Part shown: piece after piece, positions 1 to 13,000 of the stretch
Position numbering within the stretch: the stretch's first letter is position 1
How the letters are laid out: each line of letters opens with the position of its first letter
Source: Octopus sinensis
Lineage: Eukaryota
NCBI RefSeq assembly: GCF_006345805.1
Contig: NC_043002.1
Coordinates: 117,552,001 to 117,616,000 of the forward strand
Direction of reading: 5' to 3'
DNA: 64,000 nt
The notes under the pieces: generated by a model
Told to the model about the DNA's origin: nothing
What the model saw: only the letters and a program-made list of their open reading frames with translations
Database searches by the model: none
Made by a program: the position numbers and the translations under genes

Positions 1-707
1 GGTTGGGGGAGGTTGTGCCCTGTTAGGAGGGGGTTTGGAGAGTATGTGTATTGAGGTGCGGTTTGGAATGGGTTTATGGGGTACAGTGGAAGTCTGTGTT
101 GTGGGTACTTTTATGAATGGGTTTTGGGATTTATGGTTTAATATGAATTGTGTTTCATAGTTGAGGAAGAAATCTTTGTTGTTTTCCCAGCATTTAAGGG
201 AGGTTCGTTCTTCCTTTTCACATTCATCTTTCCATAGTTTAATAACAAGTTCGAGGGGCTGTTCGTTGGTGTGTGAGGTTAGTTCTAGAAGTATCTCATC
301 GTCTATTTTTGTGTATTTTTGTTCGTGGTTTTCTGCTCTGAGTTTTAGAAGTTCCACTTCAGTTTTCATTTTTTCCAATGTTAGTTTTTCTCTTAGGGAG
401 CGTTGTTTTTCAGGTTCGTCTGGGATATGTTTGATTTGGAATTTTCGGGGTAGTATGATAGGGGAGGAGTTTAACCATTTGTCGTAAATTTCAGCTTTGT
501 TTTGGTTTTTGAGCATGTTCCAGAAGAGAAGTTTTCTGTTGTGTAGTTTCTTAGTCCAAGTAGTGATGATCTGGTTTTTAATGCGTTGTACTGGGGTTGA
601 AATGTGTTCCTTCTGTGTGTTGAGTGGTGTCTGAGGTCTCTTTGGCGTTGAATTGGTAAGTAGAGTTTTCAGTGTAGTGTTGATTTCATTTAGGTTTACA
701 TCAATCT
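1..707 (-). mobile_element. Inverted ORF fragment, probably the N-terminal coiled-coil region of the adjacent Penelope-like element; runs off the window edge
   Basis: Manual translation of the minus strand gives about 230 codons with no stop (…WTKKLHNRKLLFWNMLKNQNKAEIYDKWLNSSPIILPRKFQIKHIPDEPEKQRSLREKLTLEKMKTEVELLKLRAE…). It has the same A/C-rich sense-strand bias as the PLE ORF and abuts the point where the + strand RT begins. Confidence 0.55.
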
Positions 708-3300
708 TATCCGAAAGTAAAGGGAGTGCTGTGGTCCTTATGGACACGGAAGTTTATAAACACCTAGTGTTTTCCATGCTTAACAATAACATTTTCTATG
801 AGGTTATTAACAAATACAAACAGCAAAAAACAATCAGAAACCTCACCACACTCATACGCCAACACGGTCAGGGACTCACAGAAAAAGAAAGGGATTATAT
901 CACCATTTTCAAATGCAAGCCCAGCCTCTTTTATGGCCTTCCTAAAATCCATAAAAACAAATACATCACCGAAGCCTGCAAACTCTCCACTGACATCCAC
1001 ATCAACATCAAAGCACCGGAGGACCTAAAACTAAGGCCCATCGTGGCTGGTACCTCCTGTGAAACACACCGCCTGAGTAACTTCCTAGACATCCTTTTGA
1101 AACCTTTCCTTACCCACATCAAAGTTTCATTAGGGATGATCTGGACATGCTCAAACACCTCCCGAAAACAATTAACGAGGAGGCACTCCTGGTATCCTTT
1201 GATGTCATCAACCTCTACACCAACATCCCACATGAGTATGGTATAGAGGCAATTGACTTCTGGCTAGAAAAACACCCAGAGACATTCCCTGACCGCATCA
1301 ACAGTCTTTTATTACAGAATCTCTCAAGTTCATTCTGACAAAAAATTTTCTCTTCGACGACACACACTACCGTCAAAAATGTGGTATTGCGATGGGTACC
1401 AAGGCTGCATCAGTCCTTGCGAACCTCATAATGGGTTACTTCGAACTGTCACTCTATGAAATATCAAGCCAGAAATTTGGACATGTTTTCCACACCTACC
1501 TAATGGAAAACTGGAAAAGGTATTTAGATGATTGTTTCATCATATGGAAAGAACCTTATGAAAAAACTCTGGAATTCAAAACCATACTAAACAACATACA
1601 TCCCAACATCCAATTCACTATGGAATTAAGCAAACATCATCTCCCATTCCTTGATCTCCTAATTATAAAAACACCTAAGAACCAAATCATAACAGACATC
1701 TACCACAAACCTACAGACTCACAACAATACCTCCTCTTTAGTTCATGCCACCCAAAACACACCAAGACAAATATCCCTTTCAATTTAGCTAAAAGGGTAT
1801 GCACCATTGTCTCGGATCCAAAAACACGAGAAATACGCCTTCAAGACCTCAAAAAAACACTATTACAACGTCAATATCCCTCCACCCTTATAGAGTATGG
1901 AATAAAACGCGCCAAAGAACTAGATAACACTACACTGAAAACCACCCAACCTAACACCACACACAACCTCAAAATACTTCCATACACTTCCACCCACAAC
2001 CCCAAAAATATCGAAGCATACACCACAATCATACAAAACCTCAGTCTACTGTCAACAGACCCAAAAATGAAAAACATAAATACACACAAAATCCTCAAAT
2101 GTAAAAGGCAACACAAATCTTTAAAAAAACTCTTGACAAATGCCAAACTTCACACACCACATCCACCCCCAACAGTAAAAAAATGTGCACGCTCAAACTG
2201 TGGTACCTGCCCCTTTCTACTTGAAGGCTCTGAATTTACCTTCAAACAAGGTACGAAGTTTAAAATCAAGACTAACTTCTCCTGTTCCTCCGAGAACCTT
2301 ATCTACGTTCTCACATGCGCTGGTTGCCAACATAATTATGTTGGACAAACGAGTCTCCCGTTACGTAAACGAGTAACGGTGCATAAAGAACAAATAAATC
2401 TCCCGGAATACCGACAAATTCCACTGAGTGACCACTTAGACTCATGTGCTAAAGACTTAAACCCCAAATTCTATATATTCCCCTTCTACCAATGTAAAGA
2501 CGGGATCACCACACAGGAGAGAATTAACAAGGAGAATCTCTTTATTGAAAAATTCCAAACACAACTTAATATGCAAACTCCTCGTTGATCAAACTTCCTT
2601 TTTCTACCTCACTCTTCATGGATGGACTAACACAAATATATAAAGATACCATGCATTCATCACTTCAAGCTAAAACTTATATTCTTTAAATATCATTTTT
2701 ACTATTGTTGTTATTACTATCATTTTTATTATAAATGATATAACAATCTGAAATGCAATTGTCTATGCAGATTTATATAATTAGAAAATAATATAAATAT
2801 AAAGTGTTAAAATCTGAAAGTTAAGTTAACAAACAATTATATAAAAAAGATAACGCAAATGAAGCTAAAATGATAATTTTATAATTTGGGTTTTACCAAC
2901 AGCCTTTATTGAAGAACTCAAAAGAGTTGTCTCCCCTTACTCACAACACAGGAACTGAAGAACCACAATTACTACTACTTCCTGAATTAAACCAAACAAC
3001 ACATGCTCTTAATCCCATTGGATCCTAATACCTCAAGGTAATTTTTTCGTGAACAATCATTAAACTCAAGATACACAACGAACTCACAATGTATCGGAGT
3101 ACTTATTTTTTAATTTTTGTACATTCTTATTATTATTCTTTTGCAAAAAACAATGCAATTTTCTCTTTTTCCCCTTTCTAATTTTTAAAAAACTTTTTTA
3201 ACATAAATATTCTTGACAAGTCACACAATGACGAAAACCGGTTGAATAAATATATATTTATATATTTTATCAATTTCTCATTTTATTAAAATTTTCTTTC
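708..3300 (+). mobile_element. Penelope-like element 1 (RT + GIY-YIG endonuclease), frameshifted, with 3' pLTR-like tail
   Basis: ORFs 653-1246, 1147-1338 and 1392-2588 carry PLE motifs KGSAVVLMD, FYGLPKIHK, LRPIVA, FDVINLYTNIP, MGTKAASVLANL, RYLDDCF, LPFLDL, YHKPTD, and GIY-YIG NLIYVLTCAGCQHNYVGQT. Confidence 0.93.
3208..3248 (+). ncRNA. Minimal type I hammerhead-like motif, U3-A8 core variant, in PLE1 tail
   Basis: Stem I TATTC/GAATA; core TTGACAA; stem II GTCA-cacaa-TGAC; GAAA-ACCGG-TT. Stem III has one extra A relative to the canonical register. Confidence 0.6.
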
Positions 3301-3406
3301 ATTTGAGCATTCTGCATTTAAAAAAAATATCTAAGTTTTTATATATATATAAACAAGTGTTTATCCTTATTTCTCTTATATGCATACGCACATACATACA
3401 TGTATA

Positions 3407-3439
<33 letters not shown>

Positions 3440-3506
3440 ATATATATAATGTTATGTATTATGTATGTATGTATGTATGTATGTATGTATGTATGTATGT
3501 ATGTGT

Positions 3507-3874
3507 GGAAGCGCAATGGCCCAGTGGTTAGGGCAGCGGACTCGCGGTCATAGGATCGCGGTTTCGATTCCCAGACCGGGCGTTGTGAGTGTTTATTGAG
3601 CGAAAATACCTAAAGCTCCACGAGGGGATGGTGGTGATCCCTGCTGTACTCTTTCACTACAACTTTCTCTCACTACTACTTCCTGTTTCTGTTGTACCTG
3701 TATTTCAAAGGGCTGGCCTTGTCACTCTCTGTGTCACGCTGAATATCCCCGAGAACTACGTTAAGGGTACACGTATCTGTGGAGTGCTCAGCCACTTACA
3801 CGTTAATTTCACGAGCAGGCTGTTCCGTTGATTCGGATCAACTGGAACCCTCGTCGTCGTAACCGACGGAGTGC
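3507..3874 (+). mobile_element. tRNA-derived SINE (family S1)
   Basis: A box TGGCCCAGTGG and B box GGTTTCGATTCC, followed by a ~290-bp non-tRNA body; (TATG)n on both sides. Confidence 0.85.
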
Positions 3875-4284
3875 TTAGATGTATGTATGTAGCGAGAGAG
3901 GGGGGATAGAAGGAGATAGGAGAGAAAAAGAGACAATATACATATGTATACAACTTTCATTGTCGTTCGTGTTTGTTTATATTATGTTCTCTTGGTAACA
4001 GGACACAATCGTTGTATATTATCGATTATGGTACATAATCTATATAAGCATTGTATTTAATATATTTATATCGAAAGCTATGAAATAGTTATAGTTATTA
4101 ATTATTATTATTATCATTAATACCTTATCAGGGATGAAGATAACTAAAACTATCTATATACCGTTATAATTTCTTTATATATATTTTCTTCTAAATTATT
4201 ATCATTTCATTTCATGTAAACCCTAACACTTTATATCTGTCTTTGTATTGTCCTCCTCGTCCTTCACACTAGTGGCAAATAAAA

Positions 4285-4302
4285 GAAATTATTATCATTA
4301 TT

Positions 4303-4390
<88 letters not shown>
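4285..4390. repeat. (TTA)n microsatellite
   Basis: Seen directly. Confidence 0.95.
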
Positions 4391-4391
<1 letters not shown>

Positions 4392-4928
4392 GAGTGAGAG
4401 AGCAGTGTATGCCATCAAAGTGACACTGGGATAAAATATACGAAGCCCAATATACCCATCATGATTACTCGTCTGATAAGGGTACACTGATAAGGGTACA
4501 TGCATCACAACCATATGTGCGCGATATGGTGATCTCATATCAAGATAAACAGCGCATGACCTTGCAGGTGGGGCCCAGTTAGAATTTTCTTCTGGTCGAG
4601 TAGCCCATCCTGCTTAAAAGGTCCCTGAATAAGGTTTGTTTAAGGACCATGAACGAACCACCCTTGTTTGCAATGTTGAATTATCAAAACCTCTAAGAAT
4701 TCCTTTCAACACACGGCTATGATGCTCCCCCACTACATCTGCTCATGATCAGAGAGGTACATACCGTCAGCCACTAAGGAACATTGTCAACTGGTTAAGG
4801 TCAAACAACTGACAAGCAAATCTGTAGTATTGAGCAGAATATTTGCTGTAGCTCATCTTTTATACCAAGACAAAACAATAAGATCAGAAGCCATGAGAGC
4901 CACTGCCTGGTACTGCATCAGGGCATTT
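4391..4928. mobile_element. Non-coding interspersed element embedded in (TTA)n, probably Dong-dependent or a LINE UTR fragment
   Basis: About 540 bp of complex sequence with no ORF, bounded by (TTA)n on both sides like the neighbouring LINEs; short internal duplication CTGATAAGGGTACA. Confidence 0.45.
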
Positions 4929-4940
4929 ATTATTATTATT

Positions 4941-5766
4941 CAGTAGTTTTATTTTTATAGCTTGCTTTCACTTCACTACCGAGCGCAGCTCTGTGTGCCT
5001 TGGGTATGTGCTGTGATTTGTTGTGATGCTCTGATGGTTATTGTATGGAAAGTGTTCTGCGTAGGATGTGTGCAGTGCCTAGTAGTGCAATTTTCTGTAT
5101 GTTATATGTGTTATAAGTCCTGGTGTTTTTGTTATGTATTTGTCTGAATATTTTCTATCATGCCTAATGCACCTACTACGATAGGAATTGTTTCTGTTTT
5201 CAAATTCTACATTCTGGTTACCTCTATTTCCAGATCTTTGTATTTTGAGAGTTTCTCCATTTCTTTTAGAGACACGTTGTCAAAGCATTTTTTTCTTCAT
5301 GATCTCTAACAACTATATCTAGTCTGTTGGCCTTAATTTCTCTATCTGTGTGTATCGGCATATCCCAGAGTATGGTTGATTTCTCGTTTTCTGTGACCTT
5401 TTCTGGTGTGTGCCTATACCATCTTTTTTCTGTTGTTATTCCATAATGTCGGCATAGCTTCCAGTGTATGTAGGTCCCAACTCTGTTATGTCTGTGAATA
5501 TATTCCTTCTTAGCCAGGACTGGGCAGCCAGAGATAATGTGATTTATTGTTTCTTGTCCCTCTCCACATATTCTGCAGTTACTTGTTATATTTCTTTTCA
5601 TTACATGTTTTTGGTAATTTCTGGTGGGGAGGCTTTGGTCTTGTGCTGCAATTAAAAATCCCCGTCTCTGCTTTGAGTCCTGAGCTTCTCAACCATTGCT
5701 GGGATTTTTCTTTGTCTATTTCTTTTGCATTTAGTTTAGTCCAGTATTTCCCATGAAGGGGCTTTT
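4941..5766 (-). mobile_element. R4/Dong-like non-LTR retrotransposon family A, copy A1 (5'-truncated 3' end)
   Basis: CCHC knuckle CRICGEGQETINHIISGCP and RLE-region ILWDMPIHTDREIKANR; 3' UTR nearly identical to 10078+ and 17023+; flanked by (TTA)n. Confidence 0.9.
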
Positions 5767-5770
5767 ATTA

Positions 5771-5800
<30 letters not shown>

Positions 5801-5803
<3 letters not shown>

Positions 5804-8800
5804 TTTTTTTTTCTTCTTTCAAATTTGCTTCCATTTCATGCCGAGTGTCTTCCCGACTCCTAGGGCAAAGAAACTCATAGTATACATTGGTAGGCCATTA
5901 AACTAAACTCAATAGTGCGTTCATATTTTTTTTAAAGTTAAATTAAAATACATGGGTAGTAATAATTCTCACATCGACAATGCTCTTCTCAATACGTGTG
6001 ATGTACCAGTTAAGACAATCTTTTGCACTTCTTGCAGGGATGGTAAGCCAGGGATCATTCTCATATAATTTTCGGTTCCCTTCTTGATCATTCCTAGTGC
6101 TCCTACGATCACTGGTATTGTAACCGCCTTGAGATGCCACATTTTCTCAATTTCAATGAGTAAGGCTTTATATTTTCTGAGCTTGTCAAACTCTTTTGCT
6201 GAGATATTATGATCACAGGGGATGCTCATGTCGATCAATAAGCAAACTTTATTGTTTTGGTCTTTCACAACAATATCTGGTTTATTGGCCTTGATGGTTC
6301 GGTCTGTATGTACTGGAAAGTCCCACAGAATGGTTACATTTTCTCCTTCAGTTACAGCTTCAGGGTGGTGATTATACCACTTGTCGGCAGTTTTGATATT
6401 GTAATGCCGACTTATTAGCCAGTGTAGATATTGGCCAACTCTGTCATGTCTTAATTTACACTCCACTGGTGCTAAGACTTTACATCCAGAGATTAGGTGG
6501 TCCACTGTTTCAATCATGTCGTTGCAGAATCGGCATTTTGGGTCTGCTCCATTTTTCATTACATTGGCCTGGTAGTTCCGGGTTAATAGTCTTTGATCTT
6601 GAGCAGCCAGGATGAAACCTTCGCTCTCTGCTTTTAGCCCTGAGCTCCGTAGCCACTGATGGGTTTGCTTCTGGTCAACATCAGCTTGTTTGCTACGGGC
6701 CGCATATTTGCCGTGCAGAGGTTTCTCCTCCCACCTATCAGCCAATTGCTCGTCTGCTTTTTTCCTTGCCATTATTTTTACCTTCTTTGCAATAATAGTT
6801 GCCGTACTTCCCTCGGGTTGTTCAGTTTAGGTATTCTGCACGAGATCAATAGCAAATTTTTTGCTTTCCTTGATGATAGAATAAAGCTTCTTTCGTCTCT
6901 CGTGATTTTCCACGAGCTTTAGCATCCAGTCATTCGTTATTTCGAGATATTTGGCCAGTCCAATTGTGGTTGTTTTGTAAGCTAGTTCAAATTGGATCAG
7001 GCCTCGACCTCCTTGGGCTCTGGGAAGGTAAAGGCGATCTACGTCTGCCTTTGGGTGGTGCATCCTATTACAACTCAGCAGCTTGCGTATTTTCCTATCT
7101 ATATTCTTTACTTCACTCATATTCCAGTTCAAACACATTGTAGCTATAAGTAACAACTGGAACTGCTAAGGAATTTATAGCTAACACCTTGTTACGTGCA
7201 TTTAGTTCAGATTTCAGGACTGCACGAACTCTCCTATAACATTCCTTCCTGATCTTCTCTTTCATGCTTGCATGCTGAATACCAGAGCCTTCATTTATCC
7301 CTAAATATTTGTATGTTTGTTCTTGCTCAAGCTCTCTTATGACTGTGTCAACATCTAACACGACTGAATTTGTGGTCTTCACTTCCCTTTCTGGAAAGTG
7401 GCCTTGGCACACTTCTCAAGTCCAAACTCTATCCCGATGTCATCGCTGAATGCTTTCACAGTGCGCAATAGGCCTTCAAGTTCATTATTGTCTTTACCAT
7501 AGAGTTTTAAGTCATCCATATAAAATAGATGGCTTATTTTTTTATTGGCAATTTTATACCCATACCCTGTTCTGTTTAATTCACTTGTAAGGGGTATTAG
7601 GGCTATGCAGAATATTAAAGGTGAAAGTGAGTCACCTTGAAAAATTCCACAGTTGATGTTTATATTTTCTGAGGCAAGTACTCCATTAGAGAGGTATAAT
7701 TGGAGATTCGTATTCCACAACGACATATTGTGCTTCAGGAAGTTTGAAATCACAGGGGAAATTTTGAAGATGTCCAACGATCTCAAGATCCATGGATGCG
7801 GTATACTGTCGAAGGCCTTTTTATAGTCAATCCATGCGGAGCTGAGATTTCTGCGCTTGTTGTGACAGTTCTCAAGGATCATACGATTAATTAGCAGTTG
7901 ATCTTTGGATCCTTAAGAGCCTCGGCGGCACCCTTTTTGTTCGATGGGGAAAATATCGTTCTTCTCCATGAATGCATATGTTTTCTCCGCCAGGATAGAT
8001 GTTAGGATTTTATACGTGGTGGATAGACAGGTTATAGGCCGATAGTTTTTTGGAAGGTTAGTTTCGTTATTCTTTGGGAGTAGGTAAGTAATACCACTTG
8101 CTAACCATTCAGGTGTTTTCTTTGGGTCTCTCATAATTCCATTGAGCAGCTGAACTAGCTTACCGTGTGCGCATGGGAGCGATGCGAGCCAGAAATTCGG
8201 CACCCTATCTTTACCGGGGGATTTCCAATTATTGGCCTTCGTGAGTGCCTTTCTTAGGTCTGCTATTGTGATGTCTTCCCATGCTTGTTGTAAATTTTGG
8301 TAGGATCCTTCAGTTTGTATAATCCAGTCTGCATTTAAGTTGTACGTCTTCTTGTCACTCCAAATCCTTTTCCAAAAGTTTTGAACTTCTTCCATGGGAG
8401 GGGGGGGGTCTTTAACGGTTACTTTCTCCTTCCCTATTTCTCTGTAGAATTTTTTGGCATTGGATGTGAACAGCTTATTTTGCTTGTAAAACTTGTTTCT
8501 CTTCTCAAATCTTCGTATTCTTTGGGCTTTTGCTTGGACTTTTTGTTTCAGCGTTTCTTTTATTGATATCAGTTCTTCTCATGGTGAGGATCCAAATTTT
8601 CTCATCATCTTTCTTCCTGTTCTGGATCTTACATCATTTCCACATATTAGTTCATTTAATATTGATATTTCCCCTCTCATAAATTCAATCTCTTTTTCAA
8701 TTTTACTTCTCCAGGTTTGATTTCTTCCCAGGTTTGGTTTTCTTTGTTTCTTCGGGGGCATACAGCTGGTTTCAATTGCCCTAGCAGAAGCGTAAATAAT

Positions 8801-9766
8801 TTCATTTAACTCAGTAAAATCAGGTTTTAATTCTTGTATTATTTCATTTGTTACGTAGTTGCCAATTTGGATTTGTTTTTTATTTTGGTCTGTATTTGAG
8901 AGTTTATGAAGAGATTCTCTATCATTCATACTTGTATGTGTTACAACTTCAAGCGTATTCAGGATTTTCTGCCTCATTTCTGCCATAGACTCTCTGTGTT
9001 CTTCAGCAAATGCAAGATCTTCAGTTACTGTTGTTTTATCATTTTCCTGGCTATCTTTAACAGGTACAATAGAATTTCTTGTATCTTCAGGCCTTTGCGT
9101 ACTTTGGTCAGATGGCAGTCTTTCAATTAAGCCTCGTGGCGGGCTATACTGTTCATCTGATTCTTCATTTCCTTTGTGTCTTATATTTATGTCATTTTCC
9201 GTTGCGTGCTTGATCGCGCTTATTTCACTGTCTGTGAGTCTGTTATTTCTAAGGATATCCCTCCTCACATTTGCTAATTTGTTCTCGTCCAAATAGGGCC
9301 TACTGTCTTGACTCCGTGTTCTCCATATACTGTAAGAGTTTGCGGTGTGTCTCTCTTGAGATGGCCTACCTAATGCATAGTAATAAGCGTATATTACTTC
9401 TTTATACTCTTCTCGGGTCCATTTGTTCCGCTTACATTTTTCTTTCTGTGGTGGTTGTGGTGGTGAACTTGGAGGGCTCGAGTTGGGGGATTTCCCGTTC
9501 AAGTGACCATCCATGTCCGTATTCGGAGAAGAGTTTGTGCCAGTTGATGACTTTTCGATCCCAGGCTGGCTCTTCCCTGGGAGACGCGCTTCCAGATTAA
9601 CCATAGGACAACCGATTTGGTATACTGATTTAGTTTTCCTTTTAGTTTCCAAAAACATTTTGGTGCTACGATGTTATCATTTTTGAGCTTTGATTGGCTC
9701 GTGGGGAGACGGCCATCATTGCCGTTACAATTATAATCGTACCATTATAGCAGCCGTAGTCGGCTT
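5801..9766 (-). mobile_element. R4/Dong-like family B, copy B1, near full length, frameshifted
   Basis: ORF pieces 8579-9658, 7913-8395, 7379-7882, 7113-7412, 6827-7156 and 5969-6772. RT motifs NYRPITCL, WIDYKKAFDS, GIFQGDSLSP, YMDDLKLY; CRFC…ETVDHLISGC; KPDIVV RLE; (TAA)n after the 3' end. Confidence 0.93.
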
Positions 9767-9959
9767 ATTATTGTTATTATCATCACCATTATTATCACTA
9801 TCGTCATTATCACCACCATTACCATCATCATTATCATCATCACCATCATCATCATCATCATCAATGATATTGTTTTATGTGTAGTCACAGCAGTATCTTA
9901 TTATTGTTATTTTTGTTTTTTATTATTACTATTATTATCATTATTATTATTATTATTGC

Positions 9960-10003
<44 letters not shown>

Positions 10004-10019
10004 CTATTAGTATTATTAC

Positions 10020-10077
<58 letters not shown>
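9767..10077. repeat. (TCA/TTA)n compound microsatellite
   Basis: Seen directly between B1 and A2. Confidence 0.9.
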
Positions 10078-10080
<3 letters not shown>

Positions 10081-13000
10081 TAGTTTATTTTTATAGCGTG
10101 CTTTCACTTCACTACCGAGCGCAGCTCTGTGTGCCTTGGGTATGTGCTGTGATTTGTTGTGATGCTCTGATGGTTATTGTATGGAAAGTGTTCTGCGTAG
10201 GATGTGTGCAGTGCCTAGTAGTGCAATTTTCTGTATGTTATATGTGTTTGTAAGTCCTGGTGTTTTTGTTATGTATTTGTCTGAATATTTTTTTTATCAT
10301 GCCTAATGCACCTACTATGAGAGGAATTGTTTCTGTTTTTAGATTCCACATTCTGGTTTCCTCTATTTCCAGGTCTTTGTATTTTGAGAGTTTCTCCATT
10401 TCTTTTAGAGACACGTTGTCATCTGCCGGTAGATACATCAATTAGAAAGCATTTTTTTCTTCATGATCTCTGACAACTATATCTGGTCTGTTGGCCTTAA
10501 TTTCTCTATCTGTGTGTATCGGCATACCCCAGTGTATGGTTGCTTTCTCGTTTTCTGTGACCTTTTCTGGTGTGTGCCTATACCATCTTTTTTCTGTTGT
10601 TATTCCCTAATGTTGGCATAGCTTCCAATGTATGTAGGTTCCAACTCTGTCATGTCTGTGAATATATTTCTTCTTAGCCAGGACTGGGCAGCTAGAGATA
10701 ATATGATTTATTGTTTCTTGTCCATCTCCACATATTCTGCAGTAACTTGTTATATTTCTTTTCATTACATGTTTTTGGTAATTTCTGGTGGGGAGGCTTT
10801 GGTCTTGTGCTGCAATTAAAAATCCCTCTGTTTCTGCTTTGAGTCCTGAGCTTCTCAACCATTGCTGGGATTTTTCTTTGTCTATTTTTTTTGCGTTTAG
10901 TTTAGTCCAGTATTTACCATGAAGGGGCTTTTCTTTCCATCGTTTTATGATGGTTCATTGCTGTTCTATTTTTATTGTTTTATAGCTTTTGTTGTTTCTC
11001 TATCTTCTTCTTCTTCTTCAAAATTATTAGGTTGTATGATTTCTTGTTTGTCAGCTTCCTTAAATACTGAGAACAGTTTTTTGTTTTGCTCGTGTTTTGC
11101 CGCTATTTGTATCAGTTTTCCTTCCTTCTGAAGTAGATATTTTTGCAGTCCTATGGTGGTTATTTTATAGTAGTTTTCCAGTTGTATAAGGCCTCTACCA
11201 CCTTCTATACATTGTATATATAGTCTTTCTATGTCAGATTTTGGATGATGCATCCTAGACCCTGTCATTATTTTTCTTGTTTTCCTATCTATTTTGGTCA
11301 GTTCATCTAGTGTCCAGTTAAGGATATTGTAGCTGTAACTTATAACTGGGACAGCTAAAGTGTTGATACCTATTATCTTGTTTTTAGCATTGAGCTCTGT
11401 TTTTAGTATTGGTCTAACTCGTCTATAATATTCTTTTTTTATTTTCTCTTTCATTTGTCTGTGTTGTGTCTTATCTAGTTCATGGATTCCTAAGTATTTG
11501 TAAGTTTGGTTTTGGTCTAATTCTTTTATTTCATTGGTTTTATCTAGTGTGATGTTGCTACTCTTAACTAGTTTTCCTCTTTTCATGGTTACTTTGGCGC
11601 ATTTTTCTAATCCAAATTTCATATCTATTTCTTTGGTAAATCCATGAACTGTCTTTAATAGTGTTTCCAGCTGTTTGTCATTTGCAGCGTATAGTTTTAG
11701 GTCATCCATATATAAAAGGTGGCTGATCGTTTTGCCGTAACATTTATATCCGCATCCAGTTCTATTTAGCATATCAGATAGAGGTGACAGTGCCAAGCAG
11801 AAAAGGAGTGGAGAGAGCGTGTCTCCCTGGAATATTTCTCTTCTAATGGGGATGTCTTTGGTTTTCATGAGTCCCTCTTTTGTTTGGAGGTGTAGGACTG
11901 TTTGCCATTTATTCATAGAGTGCTCTATGAATTTTATGATTGTTGGTGCTACTTTGTTAATGGCTAGTGTTTCGAGGATCCATGTGTGGGGGATGCTATC
12001 AAACGCCTTTTTGTAGTCAATCCAGGCCATACTGAGGCCTTTCTTCTTTCTGTGGCTGTCTTCAGTTATGGCTTTATTAATCATTAGTTGATCTTTACAG
12101 CCATATGAGCCTTTGCGGCATCCTTTCTGCTCTTCTGGGAACAGTTTGTTTTCGTCCAGGTGCTTGTTCAGCCTTTGCGATATCACTGCAGTAAATGCCT
12201 TGAACATAGTAGGGAGGCAGGTTATTGGTCTGTAGTTTTCTGGTTTTGTTGTTTCATTTGATTTGGGAATTAAGATGGTTTTCCCCTTCGTGAGCCATTC
12301 AGGCATTGTCTCTGGCTCTGCTAGTATGCTGTTAAGGTTTTCAGCCAGCTTTTTGTGCATTCCTGTTAGATATTTCAACCAGAAGTTGGGGATCTTGTCA
12401 TGCCCAGGTGCCTTCCAGTTGCTTAGTCTTTGCAGTGCCTGGGTGACCTCTTCAGTTGTTATGGGGGTCCAAAGTTGTTCAGATGCCGAGTTTGTTATTT
12501 TGATACTCCTTTTATTTGGCTGTTCGTTCGCCGACCATATTTCTCTCCAGAATTCTTCCACTTCTTCTGCCGTTGGTGCTGCAGTGACTTCTATTTTATT
12601 TTTGCCCAGTTCTTGGTAGAACTTTTTGGGGTCGGAGTTGAACTTTTTGTTCTGTTCAAAGAAGCGTTGGCGTTTCTTGTACCGGCGGATCCTTTGAGCT
12701 TTGGCAAGGATATCTTGCTTCAGCTTTTCTTTTATCTCCGGCAAATCTTTTTCTGTGATGTTATATTTGCGGAGCATTTTTGTTCTCTTGTTGTTGCTCA
12801 GTAGCGTTGATTGTTTGCTGATTTCATTAAGAATCGACAGGTCTTTTCTAATTTTTTAGATTTTGTTTTGGATGTTATTTATCCACAGGGTTTGTTTGGG
12901 TGGTGGTACTCCTGTTTGGGCAGGTTTGGGTGAGTATCCAGCTTCTTTTGTGGCTGCAGTGGCTGCTGCGTATATCAAGTCATTTAGTTCAGTGATATCA

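Noticed and set aside
3507-3580. tRNA genes at SINE heads (also 19374, 47914, 50021)
   Set aside because: A and B boxes are present, but acceptor stems are incomplete and each continues into a repeat body.
9660-9770. HDV-like ribozyme at the 5' end of B1, as known for R2 and some R4 elements
   Set aside because: Hairpins are present, but I could not assign the nested double pseudoknot by eye. A descriptor search is needed.
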